61,389 bases of DNA, from the IMG/VR virus record IMGVR_UViG_3300025132_007241, positions 1 through 61,389 of that record; one strand, written 5' to 3'. The notes under the pieces are model-generated. The model was given only the letters and a program-made list of their open reading frames with translations, was not told the DNA's origin and did not search any database. The DNA is from a virus (Duplodnaviria > Caudoviricetes). Shown here in pieces: positions 36,928 through 49,600 of the stretch. Positions within the stretch are counted from its first letter, which is position 1, and every line of letters begins with the position of its first letter. A program made the translations under genes and the position numbers.

Positions 36928-37326
36928 ATGAGTTCTGGATTATCAGTAGCACTACCGCTCACACTGAGTGATGTCTTTGGTGCCTACAATTTAAATACTA
37001 ACTTTAAGGATCTTGCTGTACAGAACCTAAAAATGTTAATTTTAACTAATCCTGGCGAGCGTATGATGGATCCTGGATTTGGCGTAGGTCTACGCGCGTT
37101 CCTATTCAATCAAAACACACCCGAGACGTACTCCGCTATCACCACAACAATCCAGCGACAAGTGGATAAATATCTTCCTTTCATCAGTATCGACGGTATT
37201 AGGTACACAACACCAGAAAACAATTCAGATCTGTTCCCCAATGATTTGATCGTCACGGTAAATTTTACAATTGTACCTCTTCAGCAGTCAGCAGTTTTGC
37301 AAATACAACAGAATCAACCTATTTAA
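36928..37326 (+). CDS. Baseplate wedge/sheath initiator, T4 gp25-like
   Basis: QNLKMLILTNPGERMMDPGFGVGL, IQRQVDKYLP. Confidence 0.9.
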   Translation: MSSGLSVALPLTLSDVFGAYNLNTNFKDLAVQNLKMLILTNPGERMMDPGFGVGLRAFLFNQNTPETYSAITTTIQRQVDKYLPFISIDGIRYTTPENNSDLFPNDLIVTVNFTIVPLQQSAVLQIQQNQPI

Positions 37327-37338
37327 TGAGACACCAAA

Positions 37339-39132
37339 ATGACTAAAAAGATTCAATCGATTAACTACACTAGCCGCGACTTTGAATCCATTCGAAGGGA
37401 TTTAGAGAACTACGCCAAGACGTATTATTCTGACACTTATAAAGATTTTAACGAAGCGTCATTCGGCTCCCTTATGCTGGATACTGTGGCATATATCGGC
37501 GACATCCTGTCTTTCTATTTGGACTATCAAGCAAACGAATCATTTCTAGATACTGCTATTGAATATGATAATGTTATTCGCCTGGCCAAACAGATGGGAT
37601 TCAAGCTCAACACTAGCCCCTCCTCTTTTGGTCGCCTCACGTTCTACATCCAAGTGCCCGCCGTAGGAACCGGACCCAACCTTGCGTACGCGCCAGTGCT
37701 TCAAGCGGGATCGCGGTTCTCTTCAAATGGTGGTGGGTTGTATACGTTGATAGAAGACGTCGATTTTTCTCGCGCTAGCAATCAGGTGGTTGTGGGTACT
37801 GTTAACTCTTCCACCGGCGCCCCCACTAATTTTATTATTCGCGCAACAGGGATCGGCGTATCAGGACGATCAGGTTTCAAGGAATTTGAACTGGGAGCTT
37901 TCCAGCGATTCCGTTCAGTTGATCTGGGGGTAGCAAATGTTGCGGAAGTACTGTCGGTAACCGACACTGAGGGACACGAATACGTAGAAGTAGATCACCT
38001 ATCTCAAAATACAGTCTATAAAGCTATTCGCAATGTCAACACAGCCACAAATTCTACAGTCCGAAATATCTTGCGCGCTGTCCCTGTTCCGCGACGTTTT
38101 GTAGTAGATCGTCAGCGCAATCGCACATTGCTGCAATTCGGCTATGGTTCAGACTCTGAGCTGATCTCCGACTCGATTAATAACCCAGCTAACTTAGTGC
38201 TGGACCAAAACGGCAGAACCTACATCACAGATGCTGGCTTCGACCCCACAAAGTTGATGAGCACAGATAAATTTGGTATTGCCCCATCCAACACCACTCT
38301 TCGAGTAGGATACAGAGTAAACACTACCCAGGATGTAAACGCTGCTGTTAACACTATTGTGAATGTAGACCGTCCATTTTTCCGATTTACCTCTCAAGGA
38401 TCTCTTTCCCCATCTTTACGCAACACAACTCAAAATTCATTAGAGGTTATCAATGACGAGCCGTTTGTAGGCAGCATTAGTCTTCCGAACGCCGAGGAAA
38501 TTAAGCAACGAGTGTTCGGCTATTTTGCCACGCAAAACCGTGCAGTTACGACCGAAGACTATAGAACAATGGCTTATGCTATGCCAGGTGAGTTCGGCGC
38601 CGTAAAACGTGCAGCAGTGGTCCGGGATTTTAGTGAATTTCGGCGCAACCTAAACTTGTATGTGGTATCAGAAAACACTAGTGGAAAATTGGTTGCCGCC
38701 AACACAACTCTTAAAAATAACTTAAGAAATTGGATTCTTCAATATAAAATGGTGAACGATACGGTTGATATTCTTGACGCTTCGATCATCAATTTTTCGA
38801 TTGAGTACAGTGTGGTCGCGGACATCAATGCGAATAGGTTTACAGTGATCAATAGAGCCAGCGCTGCTCTCCGTGAGTATTTAGACAACAACCCCTATGA
38901 GATTGGTGAATCGATTATGATTACTGACTTTTACAAAGTTCTTCAAAAAGTAGAAGGAATTGTAGATGTAGAAAACCTAGAGGTCAAATCTGTCTCGGGA
39001 CCGCAGTACTCGGACGCAAGTTTCGATTTTGCCGGCAGTCTTGGTGCCACAGGACGCTCCATCAACATTCCGAACAATGCTGTTGTGGAACTAAAGTTTC
39101 CAAACGTAGATATTAAAGGGTCCGTTAGATAA
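37339..39132 (+). CDS. Baseplate wedge subunit, T4 gp6-like (baseplate J family)
   Basis: INYTSRDFESIR, LLDTVAY-type segment, ESFLDTA, LQFGYG, QNRAVTTEDY. Confidence 0.88.
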   Translation: MTKKIQSINYTSRDFESIRRDLENYAKTYYSDTYKDFNEASFGSLMLDTVAYIGDILSFYLDYQANESFLDTAIEYDNVIRLAKQMGFKLNTSPSSFGRLTFYIQVPAVGTGPNLAYAPVLQAGSRFSSNGGGLYTLIEDVDFSRASNQVVVGTVNSSTGAPTNFIIRATGIGVSGRSGFKEFELGAFQRFRSVDLGVANVAEVLSVTDTEGHEYVEVDHLSQNTVYKAIRNVNTATNSTVRNILRAVPVPRRFVVDRQRNRTLLQFGYGSDSELISDSINNPANLVLDQNGRTYITDAGFDPTKLMSTDKFGIAPSNTTLRVGYRVNTTQDVNAAVNTIVNVDRPFFRFTSQGSLSPSLRNTTQNSLEVINDEPFVGSISLPNAEEIKQRVFGYFATQNRAVTTEDYRTMAYAMPGEFGAVKRAAVVRDFSEFRRNLNLYVVSENTSGKLVAANTTLKNNLRNWILQYKMVNDTVDILDASIINFSIEYSVVADINANRFTVINRASAALREYLDNNPYEIGESIMITDFYKVLQKVEGIVDVENLEVKSVSGPQYSDASFDFAGSLGATGRSINIPNNAVVELKFPNVDIKGSVR

Positions 39133-40655
39133 TGTCAATTCTCAGGTATACAGCCAGCGCGGATACAACGATCACGAACGCTTTCGAAGCGAACCTCTTG
39201 ACCCGTGGCACTGGTTCCAATATGGGTTATGCAGATGCTCTAGAAGTATTCTCTATTTATGGTCAAGAGTCGGGATCTAACGGACAGTCACAAGAACTAT
39301 CCCGAATTCTTATTCAGTTTCCGATAAATCAAATCACTACAGATCGTGCAGCAGGCACGGTACCAGCTTCGGGCTCTGTGTCGTTTTATCTTAGGATGTT
39401 TAATGCTCGAACCCCGTTTACGCTTCCTCAGGACTTTAACCTTATCGTAGCGCCAGTGTCGCAGTCGTGGAACGAAGGAACAGGTCTGGATATGAACAAT
39501 TACCAAGATCTGGGTTTTTCAAACTGGGGATCAGCTAGTTCGACAGCCGGTTGGACTAGTCAGGGTGGTGATTACCTCACAGCCTCCAATTACAACGTAA
39601 GCTTCCCGCTAGGTTTTGAGGATATTGATCTGGATGTTTCCGAGATTGTTGAGCGCTGGATTACAACAGGTAATGAGTTTAATAACTATGGATTTGGCAT
39701 CCGTCTCACCGCCAGCCAGGAAGCATATTTTTCCAGCTCAGTGGGTGCCGACTCTGGAAGCGTCCTGCAGAACACGGTGGGATCGCGCCAGTCGTACTAC
39801 ACCAAGAAGTTCTTTGCACGTTCTACAGAGTTTTTCTATAAGCGCCCGGTTATCGAGGCGCGTTGGGACTCACGTATTCAGGATGATAGAGAGAACTTCT
39901 ACTATTCTAGCTCTTTGGCCCCTGCCGATGACAACTTGAATAATCTTCATATTTACAATTACATCCGCGGTCGCCTCGTGAATATTCCCCGGGTCGGAAC
40001 AAACAACCTCTTGGTATCTTTCTACTCTAGCTCCAATGGCGAGCCTACAGGGTCTAAGATCGCAATCTCAAAGGGGGGTGGCACTGTGAGCGCTGGGCAC
40101 CTGAATACCACGGCTAGCTATGTAAGCCCGGGCATTTACTCGTGCTCTGTAGCACTGACCGCTGCCTCTACTCCATTGTTAGCGATTCATGATGTTTGGC
40201 ACTCTGGTGGCGTTGAGTTTATCACTGGCTCCTTCTATCCCGAGAAGATGCCAACTTACGATTTTGCCCCTACGTTCAATTATGTGACCAGTTGCACAAA
40301 TCTTAAAAAGACATACACTAGCCAGGATACGGCTCGCTTCCGGTTCTTTGTTCGCAGCCGAGACTGGAATCCAACCCTGTATGTTAAAGCGACTGCCAAC
40401 AATCCAACAGAGATTATCCCCAGTGCGTCCTTTAGCATTGTGCGGGTAACCGATAATTTAACAGCAGTAAACTACGGAACGGGCTCGAATTACAGCACAT
40501 ACCTCTCCTACGACAAGGATGGCAACTACTTTGATCTTGATTTGGGTATGCTGGAGTCCGGATATATGTACGAAATTAAATTGTCATATCACAACGATAG
40601 CATAGGAGCATGGCAGGAACAACCACAAACGTTCAAATTTCGAGTTGAAGAATAA
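39132..40655 (+). CDS. Virion structural protein with DNRLRE/CBM96-like beta-sandwich, Ser/Thr-rich
   Basis: ADTTI, SRILIQF, SQSWNEG, DVSEIVERW, NYGFGI, RPVIEARWD. Confidence 0.65.
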   Translation: MSILRYTASADTTITNAFEANLLTRGTGSNMGYADALEVFSIYGQESGSNGQSQELSRILIQFPINQITTDRAAGTVPASGSVSFYLRMFNARTPFTLPQDFNLIVAPVSQSWNEGTGLDMNNYQDLGFSNWGSASSTAGWTSQGGDYLTASNYNVSFPLGFEDIDLDVSEIVERWITTGNEFNNYGFGIRLTASQEAYFSSSVGADSGSVLQNTVGSRQSYYTKKFFARSTEFFYKRPVIEARWDSRIQDDRENFYYSSSLAPADDNLNNLHIYNYIRGRLVNIPRVGTNNLLVSFYSSSNGEPTGSKIAISKGGGTVSAGHLNTTASYVSPGIYSCSVALTAASTPLLAIHDVWHSGGVEFITGSFYPEKMPTYDFAPTFNYVTSCTNLKKTYTSQDTARFRFFVRSRDWNPTLYVKATANNPTEIIPSASFSIVRVTDNLTAVNYGTGSNYSTYLSYDKDGNYFDLDLGMLESGYMYEIKLSYHNDSIGAWQEQPQTFKFRVEE

Positions 40656-40662
40656 TTAGAAC

Positions 40663-43600
40663 ATGAGCATTAAGAAGTATTTCGAAATTGCCGAAAACAT
40701 ACAGTCTCTCGCAAACAAGTCAGCCCAAGACATAGGGTCCGAGGTTGAGTCTGTTGGGTATCACGAGCAAGATATCATTGAGGAAGAGAGATTTATTCCC
40801 CGTATCGACTTTTCCAAGCCGGAAAACTTCGCTCGTTATGGTATGGCTGAGGAATACTATGAGTCTGCCATCAAGCGCATCTACAACACTTACCCTTATG
40901 ATGGTTCGCTGCAAGAGCGCCTCAAGTGGGTCAACGAATCGACATACCTCGACCTCTACATATATGACGAGAAATACCCCCGCACAACAGGATATATCAT
41001 TCTGTCAGCGGACGGCGCTGCCAGTCAGACTGTGGTCGACGGATACGGTCGCCCCACTACGCCAGAATACATTTATGTAAAGGGCGGACCAAACGTTAAT
41101 CCCAACGGGATGAAAAATACCGCGGTTAGCTTTACTGGATCAAATTATTACGAACCCTCCATGAACCGTGGCTCCAACCTGGAGCTAAATCTTTCATCCC
41201 AAGGCGCCTCTCTGGAGTTTTGGCTGAAAAAGTCAAGCTTCCCCGCTGTGGCAGTCGGTGCCCGCGAAGTTATTTTTGATGTCTCGACGGGCGCTGCCTC
41301 GTCCTCCGCCGGCTACGGACGTTTTCGCCTGGAGCTGAGCGGCAACTTAACTGACGGTTCGTCACCTGTCCAGCTCACCGCCATGTCCGGCGCCACTGGT
41401 ATCTACCGACAGTCTATTGCTGCGACCACGTTTACGAGCGCCTCGATAGCAGACAATAAGTGGCACCACTATGCAGTCACCGTTAAGAGCAGCGGGACAG
41501 ACCTGGTAACTAAGTTCTATGTCGATGGGTACCTTAATAAGGAAACTACCTTCAGCGGCAAGGCGGTGGCTGATCTGGATAGTACAACTCTCCGCGGCTA
41601 TGTCGGGGCTCTGTCAGCACCAGTATCAGGTGCTACCACCCCCAGCTCCACGGCTGCCGGCGATGGTAAGCTCGCTGCCTCATTGGATGAATTCCGATAC
41701 TGGAAGACGCAACGGACATCTAAAGACATAGGGAGGTTCTGGTTTACTCAAGTGGGTGGTGGCGTAAACACCGACCCAGAACCTTTTATTGAAACTCTAG
41801 AATCTGGTAACGTTGATTTGGGCGTTTACTATAAGTTCAACGAAGGCATTACGGGACAGTCGGCAACCGACAGCGTTGTTCTAGATTACTCTGGGCGCGT
41901 CTCAAATGGCGCATGGACTGGCTACAGCGCCACCGCTCGCAACACTGGTTCGGCAATTGTGTCTTCCTCCGCGGCCATCAAAGAGTTCCACGATCCAATT
42001 ATCTACTCCTTCCACCCTGATGTTGTATCTTTGAACGCGTCTCTTAAGCTTTCGGGCTCCGCTCACGATGTGACCAACAACGCGGCAGTGTACAACTCCA
42101 TCCCTGCGTGGATTACAGAAGAGGACCAGGAAGGTCAAAAGCAGCTTCTCCAGCTGACCCAGATCATGTCGAGTTATCTTGACACGGCGCAGCTGCAAAT
42201 TCAAAGCTTGAATAAACTGCGCGATAAACAATATCCTAGTGGTAGCGATAAGCCTCTCCCGTTTGCCGAGAAGCTTCTTGTTTCGCAGGGATTCATTGCC
42301 CCAGACCTTTTCTTGGATGCGGATTTACTAGAAAAGCTAGCTGATCGCAGCGAGGACCGAGTGTATGAAAAGTCTCTGCACGACATCAAGAATACGATTT
42401 ACCAGAACATCTATAATAACCTGACTTATATTTATAAGACCAAGGGCACTGAAAAATCGTTCCGTAACCTGATTCGTTGTTTTGGCGTGGACGAGGAGCT
42501 TATTAAGCTCAATATGTATGGCGACAACATCAGCTATACTTTGGAAAACAATCGCAAGAATGTAGTCGTTGCAGATAAGTTTGTTGATTTTAACACGGCA
42601 GAGAGTACAAATGCGGTGGTTTACAGCTATGCGGATGCAAGCAATGCCAATTCTGTAGGCGCAGTCCCGGTTAACTCTATCTTGACAGGGGGTTACGCAG
42701 TCACAATGGAGACTGAGATTCTCTTCCCTCGCAAGATGGAGGAAGATCGTCGCACCTATGTTAATACCAATGTTATTAGCTCTTCGTTGTTTGGCATGCA
42801 CTCTGCCAGTGCAACAGCGACGAACACCACCTGGGCAGGACCCGACACGGTTAACTTCCAGGTTTATGCCGAAAGAGACGAAATCTCCTCTACTAATGCG
42901 AAGTTTGTCCTCACAAGTTCTACAAATGGCTTAATTCCACGTCTTACATCTAGCTTAATTCAAGACCTCTACAACAACAATCGATGGAATCTGGCTGTTC
43001 GGATTAAACCAGCACAGTACCCACTTGCGGGATTGGTTAACTCCACGAGCAGCAACTACATTGTGGAGCTGCACGGCGTCCAGGCTGACTCTGGCGAAAT
43101 TCTCGAAGAGTTCACCGTGTCCCAGACCATTACGGCACCGACTCCTGGATTTGTTACAGGGTCTCGACGCGCCTACATTGGTGCCCATAGAACAAACTTT
43201 ACGGGCGCGGTACTGCAAAGTTCTGATGTCAAGGTAAACGCATGCCGTTTCTGGCTTGACTACCTCGATGATGACACGCTCCGTGCGCATATTTTAGATA
43301 CCGAAAACCATGGTCCACTACAGCCACACCTTTATGCTTTTGGATTTAATACCTGGGCCCAATTCGGCGATATCAAAAAAGCGGACACACTAGTCTTTAA
43401 CTGGGAGTTCCTACAGAACACAGGCTCTAATGCGTTAGGTCAGTTCTTAGTTAATGACCTAAGCTCAGGATCTGCTAACCTGACGCGCTTTGGATCGCTG
43501 GGCAATATTTTAAACAAGCAATATACGGCTAGTGGCTCGTTCTTTAAGGTGTCCTCGACAGACGCAATCGATAAAGATTTTGTAGTATCCTCCAAGCTGA

Positions 43601-46600
43601 ATCTTCCTGAGCATGTAGAATCCGTCGATATGGTACAGGTGGTTAGCCAGGAAGACACCGAAATCTTCACCTCCGAGTCACGACCAATAAACTACTACTA
43701 CGCTTTTGAAAAAAGCATGTATCAGGTTATCTCGACCCAAATTATCAATCACTTTGCTAACTTGAAAGACTTTCATAACCTGATTGGCGAGCCTGCGGAG
43801 AAATATCGCCCTGATTACAAGAAGATGCAAAAGCTGCGCCAACGCTTTTTTGAGACAGTACGCAACACCGAACTAGATTTTGATAAATTCTACGAGTACT
43901 ACAAATGGTTCGACAGCTCACTATCAGTGATGCTTGCGCAGCTCGTCCCAGCTTCAGCTGATTTTGCTGATAATATTTTAAACGTAATAGAAAATCATGT
44001 CTTGGAGCGCCCAAAGTATCGTCACAAGTTCCCGTTTATCGAGAAGATTGGTACACCGGACCCACTCAGCACAACAGCGCCAGCCGGAATGCCGACTAGC
44101 AATAACATCTATCCGATGTCAAGCCCAGATGGCAACTTTGGCTCAAACGATCGGTTTACCAAGCGCCAGCTTGGTTCTTCAAATCCCCCCGCGCAAAACG
44201 ACTGGAAAAAATTCCATGCTCCTGAAGATGGCAAGGCTAATAAAAATGCATACTGGCATCGCTATCGCGAAGAGCCAGTGGACTCGCCACGCAAAGACCT
44301 CATGGAGGCTATCAAGCAGACTTATAACCGTCGCTTAGGCTCGCCAGTCAAGTTCACTGCTGATGCTTCTAGTGTGGTCGCCGGCGTCGGGCGTCACCCA
44401 AACAACCGACCTGATTATGTTTTTGCTGCCACTGCGCCCTATGGTCCAACAGTTCCGGACACCAACATTCCAAAGAACGTAATGTTCGGCTATGGTGCTG
44501 ATGTCGAGGAGCTGATACCCACCAGTGATGAGTATTTCCCATCCCAGAAGCAGCGTTTAGGCTTTGGTCTTGATCCAGGGATTAACCATGACCCAGGTGA
44601 AATCAAGATGGATGGTAACATCTATGCACCGTTTAGCCTTTACAGTTCCTCCGTAAAAACGGGATACAACGACAACATCGTCCGCAAGTTTAAGTCTGGC
44701 TCCATGGTTACTAACCTTCACAATGATTTTGTTGGCAGCCGAGACATTCCAATGCAGGGACCATTCCCGGAGAAGTTTGTTGGAGGGCGCTTCTATCGAC
44801 ATACAGAGGTCAACCCGGGAACAGATACCCGGGAAAACCGTGCTGAAGGTTTCCGGATTGAGGTCGGCTCCCTTGCCCTACCATCGGTAGGTTATCTTGG
44901 AGTAGTGCCGCCCAACTATCCTTTTGGTTCCTCCCCTCCTGGCTCAGCGCCGTCTGGCTTCCTGCCTCGCTTGCCTACCGCTCAACGCCTTCGCGACGAG
45001 AGCGCAAAGCGTCCCGTAAACATCAAAAACATTCTGATGACGACAGCCTCAGCCGGCGTGCGGCTCTCGGGTACTATTACCCATGGCGCCATCGGCAACT
45101 ACCAGAAGAACTATCAAGTCATCAACACTGCAGGACGCATGGTTAATGATCCATTCTTTAAGGATCAGACATTCAAGTTTGCACCCTATCCGGAAACTCT
45201 CGCAACACGCGGTCGGTTCCCGCTCTATCTCGCCCCACCACTGGTTGGCAAATCCTATCTCTTCGACGGGTCTAATGACTTTGCAAAATCTAAAGATAAA
45301 ACTGCCAGTGACTGGAATACACTGATTGGTTCTTCCTCAGCCGGCGGCACCAAAGCTTACAGCATGTCCGTGTGGATATATGTAAATAATTGGGCTGGTG
45401 GTGATTCCGTTATGTCAATTGGACGATCCACCTATCTTCCTGGTGGTCGTGAAATCAACCTCTATGATGATGGCGGTGGTGATCTCGGAATTAGAGGAAT
45501 CGTGGGAGGTCTTAACTATCGAAGCTCAGACACAGCGATGACCACAGGGCGCTGGTATCATCTCACAGTTACCTATGCCGGCATGGCAGCAGGCTACGGC
45601 GGCACCACTGTCTTGCCTCTTATTTATGTTAACGGCGCCGACGACGGCGATAGTGGCAACACAAGCACACTAAGTCATGTTCAAGGAATTGGTACAACAG
45701 CTCTCCAACTAGGAAATTCCTCGACTCCAAGTAAGGGCTTCTTTGATGGGTACATGTGTGACGTCGCAGTGTACAACAAGCAACTTTCCGCGACGGAAGT
45801 GACAGAGCTTTATAATAGCGGACAGCGTTTCAATCCCCTAAACGCCACCTTCAGTAGCAACGTCATCACTTATCTTCCGATGGGCAACATGTCAACAGAT
45901 AGTGCAACAGTCATTACTGACCTTAAGGGTTTTGACAATCTAATTGGCGTAGACTTTACTTCGCCAATTAAGGAGGTTAGCCCTTCTGCACTGAGTCGCA
46001 CCGACTTCTCCGCCCTCGGCGGAGGTGGACTACCCGAAACGACCGCCAACACTGGGGGTGCCCTCAACTACATGATCCCACAGCGAACTGGTTCGGATTC
46101 TCAGGACACAGTTATTGTTTGTCGCTATGCAGGATCAGGCTATGAAGTCATGTCTCTTGGATACATGGATCCAGCGCACACTGAGCTGTCGGTATACAAT
46201 GCATCTCCATACCACAATCTTTCAATTATTGATCATGGTCTTTCGGGTTCTGCGTCTGTAGATCCCATCGCGGCCAAGACCATTACCGTGGTAGACCAGA
46301 TCGACAAGAACCGCGGTCTAGACCAGCGCGCTACTCTTCATTGCGGCAAGTTTGGCGCCGACTCGGCATATGGCACTGTCACGGCTGATACTTATGTAAC
46401 TGTTCCGTCGTGGCACAAGACCAACAGCAACCGCCGCCGCCGCATGGATAATAATGCTCTAGAGAACACGATGCCAGCCGGCAATCACACCGCGTCCGTC
46501 TATGATAACCTTTACGTCCAGCACGCGATCCCTCAGTCCACTCAGCAGTACGCTTGGGTAACTGGGTCGCTAATCCAAGGAAAAGCCATTCTCGGGCTTA

Positions 46601-49600
46601 CTAGACCCCTCTGCTTTAGTGCTTCGGTCCTTAACGAGTTAGTCACAAGTGGCGCTGTTCCCAATGCGGATTTTGTAGGTCTTCGACGCTATGTCCTTGA
46701 TCCAGTGAGTGCTTCAAGTCACATTCTTGGCTTCCCCCTAACTGCCGTACCAAGTTCGTCTTACTATAACTCTGATCTGGGCTTGCTCATGGCACCCACT
46801 CACAAGCGTTCCTTTGCAACGTCCTCGTACCTTAACACACTTATTAACAACCGCGGCGGTGCGTTTGGATATTCTAGCTGGAAGCAGCTCCGCGTAGGAG
46901 AAGGACCAGTCGCTCGCACTCTCCGTAAGGCTAACAAGATTGGGACTGTGGTGGCACCACCAACCATCCTTAATAAAATCGCAGGCAAAACAGTAGGAGC
47001 GATCACTCCAACACAGCCAAACACATTTGCGGATTACTTCGAGGCTCCAATCGCCAAGAATGCCTCGCCAATCAACTTCTATTTTGAGGACAACACAGAA
47101 AATTCAGACCCTGCAAACAACATCAATCTGACAGTTCCATACCGCAACTCGTTTGAGTACTTCACCAACAATGGCTTGAACAACCGCCTAGGACTAGAGA
47201 TAGACCTTGACACTCGCCGCGCGTATAATTCTGCCGTTGACTTTACATTGAAGAGTAATCTTAGTGTTATCGTGAATTATTCCGAAAGAGTATATCCTGC
47301 CGGAAGCAATGCGTATAAGCCAGAGGTTCGAGGACGTCAGAACTATACAATCAACAACATTTGGAATAAAGATCGTACGACTCGTAGCACGCCTTTGGGC
47401 GGCAAAGCCGATATCTTTAATTTGGGAATCATCGCCTCTGCGAGCATTTGGCCATTGGATGCACACCTTAATTTTACTATTACATCGTCAATCACCGCGT
47501 CCGATGGATCCGGCATCCTGCAGAATTCGTACAGCCGTTTCTACCATACTACCACAGCCTCTATCCAGCTAGCTCCCACATACGTTCAGCGCATCCCCAT
47601 GGGTTCAATTGGGGGACGTTCCGTCTTTGCGGGAGATACCCCGTGGTTAGCTCCAGCACAAGCCGGTAAAGATCCATACCAAGATTACACAACCTTCGCT
47701 GAGCGCATTCGTCTTGTAGGAAAGGATTATTCGATTCTACCGGAGTTCCGAATTAGTGAGCTGATGGAAACATATGTTATCCAAAAAGACGGAGACTTCC
47801 TAGCCAACATTAATAACGTCCTTACCCTAACAGGAGCCGCTACTCCCAACTCCTCAGAAGATGCGTTCTATCGAACATATACAAATGGGGATTTCCTGCG
47901 TTACTTTGGCGTTATTGACGACGATTTGAACGAGCAGCGCTCAGAAGATCTTAAGATTTTGCGCGACAAGGTTGTGCTTAAGTGCGATGCACTTGTAAAA
48001 TTCCTTCCGTATAAGGGTTTTTACCCCGCAGAGCGAACGCTAGAACTGTCGACATTGTTCTCCCAGTCATTTGGGAGAGCCTACTATAGGCGTTCCGGAG
48101 CGGACAATAAGATTATGCGCACCTTCTTCGAGCCGCTATATTCTCCAGGGATTATGTACAACACTATCAAATCCGGATTAGCAGTCAGCAACTTTATCAT
48201 CACTCGCGCTAATGCTAACCTGGTTCTGCCGCCCCCCTCTGCTTCGGTGAGCACCAATATGAGTGGACACTATAACGGCATCAATGTTGGACCACAAATT
48301 GTAATTTCTGGATCTGGCAAACAGTTCCCCACTATGGGCGGCGGCTCAGCTGGTCTGGGATGGCAGGTAACAAGGGTTCCTTTCGAAGCGTTACAACGTC
48401 CCGGAAGCTTCTTCCACGAAGATAATATAAGCGAAGTAGCAACGTCAGGCTCAACAATAGGAAATTCGTATATATATGACACGGGAATTTTCTCCTCCTC
48501 GCTTTACCTGGGTAATGCTCTCAATATTCTTCCTCGCCTAGACAAAGAAAGTAGCATACTCTATGAATTGGCTATGGATAATTATCTCTGTGAATCCAAC
48601 AGAATATTTATGGGATCTCTAGCCGGCTTTGAATCAAAGCGAGAAGAGTTATTCGAACCCGTAACATCGGGGTCCGTTTACGAGATGACCTTCAAGCTGT
48701 ACCGCACCCAGAATCTGGAGGGTTCCAGCCCAACTGTCGATCACAGCCGCTTTGAGATGTACGAGAACATCACTGCTTTTGGACCTTCCCTGGGATCATC
48801 TACTTCTCTTAGTTCACAACCTGACTTTTCACATCTTACCCCTCCCTACTATAACGGCTCTGCAAAAGTCACCTTTTACTATACCGCAAGTTTCTCTGGT
48901 CGCCCGACGCTAGATGAAATTTTTGCCAACACTAATTTGCTGTTTGATAGATTTGGAGTTACTAATACATTTGATTCTCTGCAGGGAACAACGCCTCTGA
49001 CTCCTTATGGAAAAAGCGATAGAATAATGCAAATAGATCAATCGTTTAACTTGCTGGGAATCGTGCCCACGGTACCGCCCGGGACAACAGCTCAGAAAAA
49101 CCAGTGGCTAATCCAGTCTAAGTACGAGTGCCCGATTTTAAACTTTGCCAACGTAAGTCAGTCCTTTGCTCCTGCCACAGTGGGCATTGGCTCAATAACC
49201 CCCGCCACCCTTAATACCAGAGGAATGTGGCATCAGTACGGCAGTCTTCCAAGTGGTTCCGGCATCGGCGTCTTCGCGGAGATTTCCAACATAGAAGGAG
49301 ATAATCCCTCGTTGGCAGAAATTGTTGGGTTTGATACTGGAGTTGCGAAGCGTATTGGTATTGTCAATCAGGAATACTCACTAGAAGAAGCCATTGTAGC
49401 TATTCCCTATAAACAAACTAACAACCGTCGCAAGTTTATTAAGTTCACCGACGAGACAAAACGCTCCGAGACTTACCAGAAGCTTACTAGTGCCATGCAA
49501 AAGTATGTTTTCCCACCGCGGTTTGATTTTATGGAATTTGATTCGGTCGATCCTGTTCTGATGTATGTTTTCGAATTCAGTGCGAAGTTGTCGCAGCAAG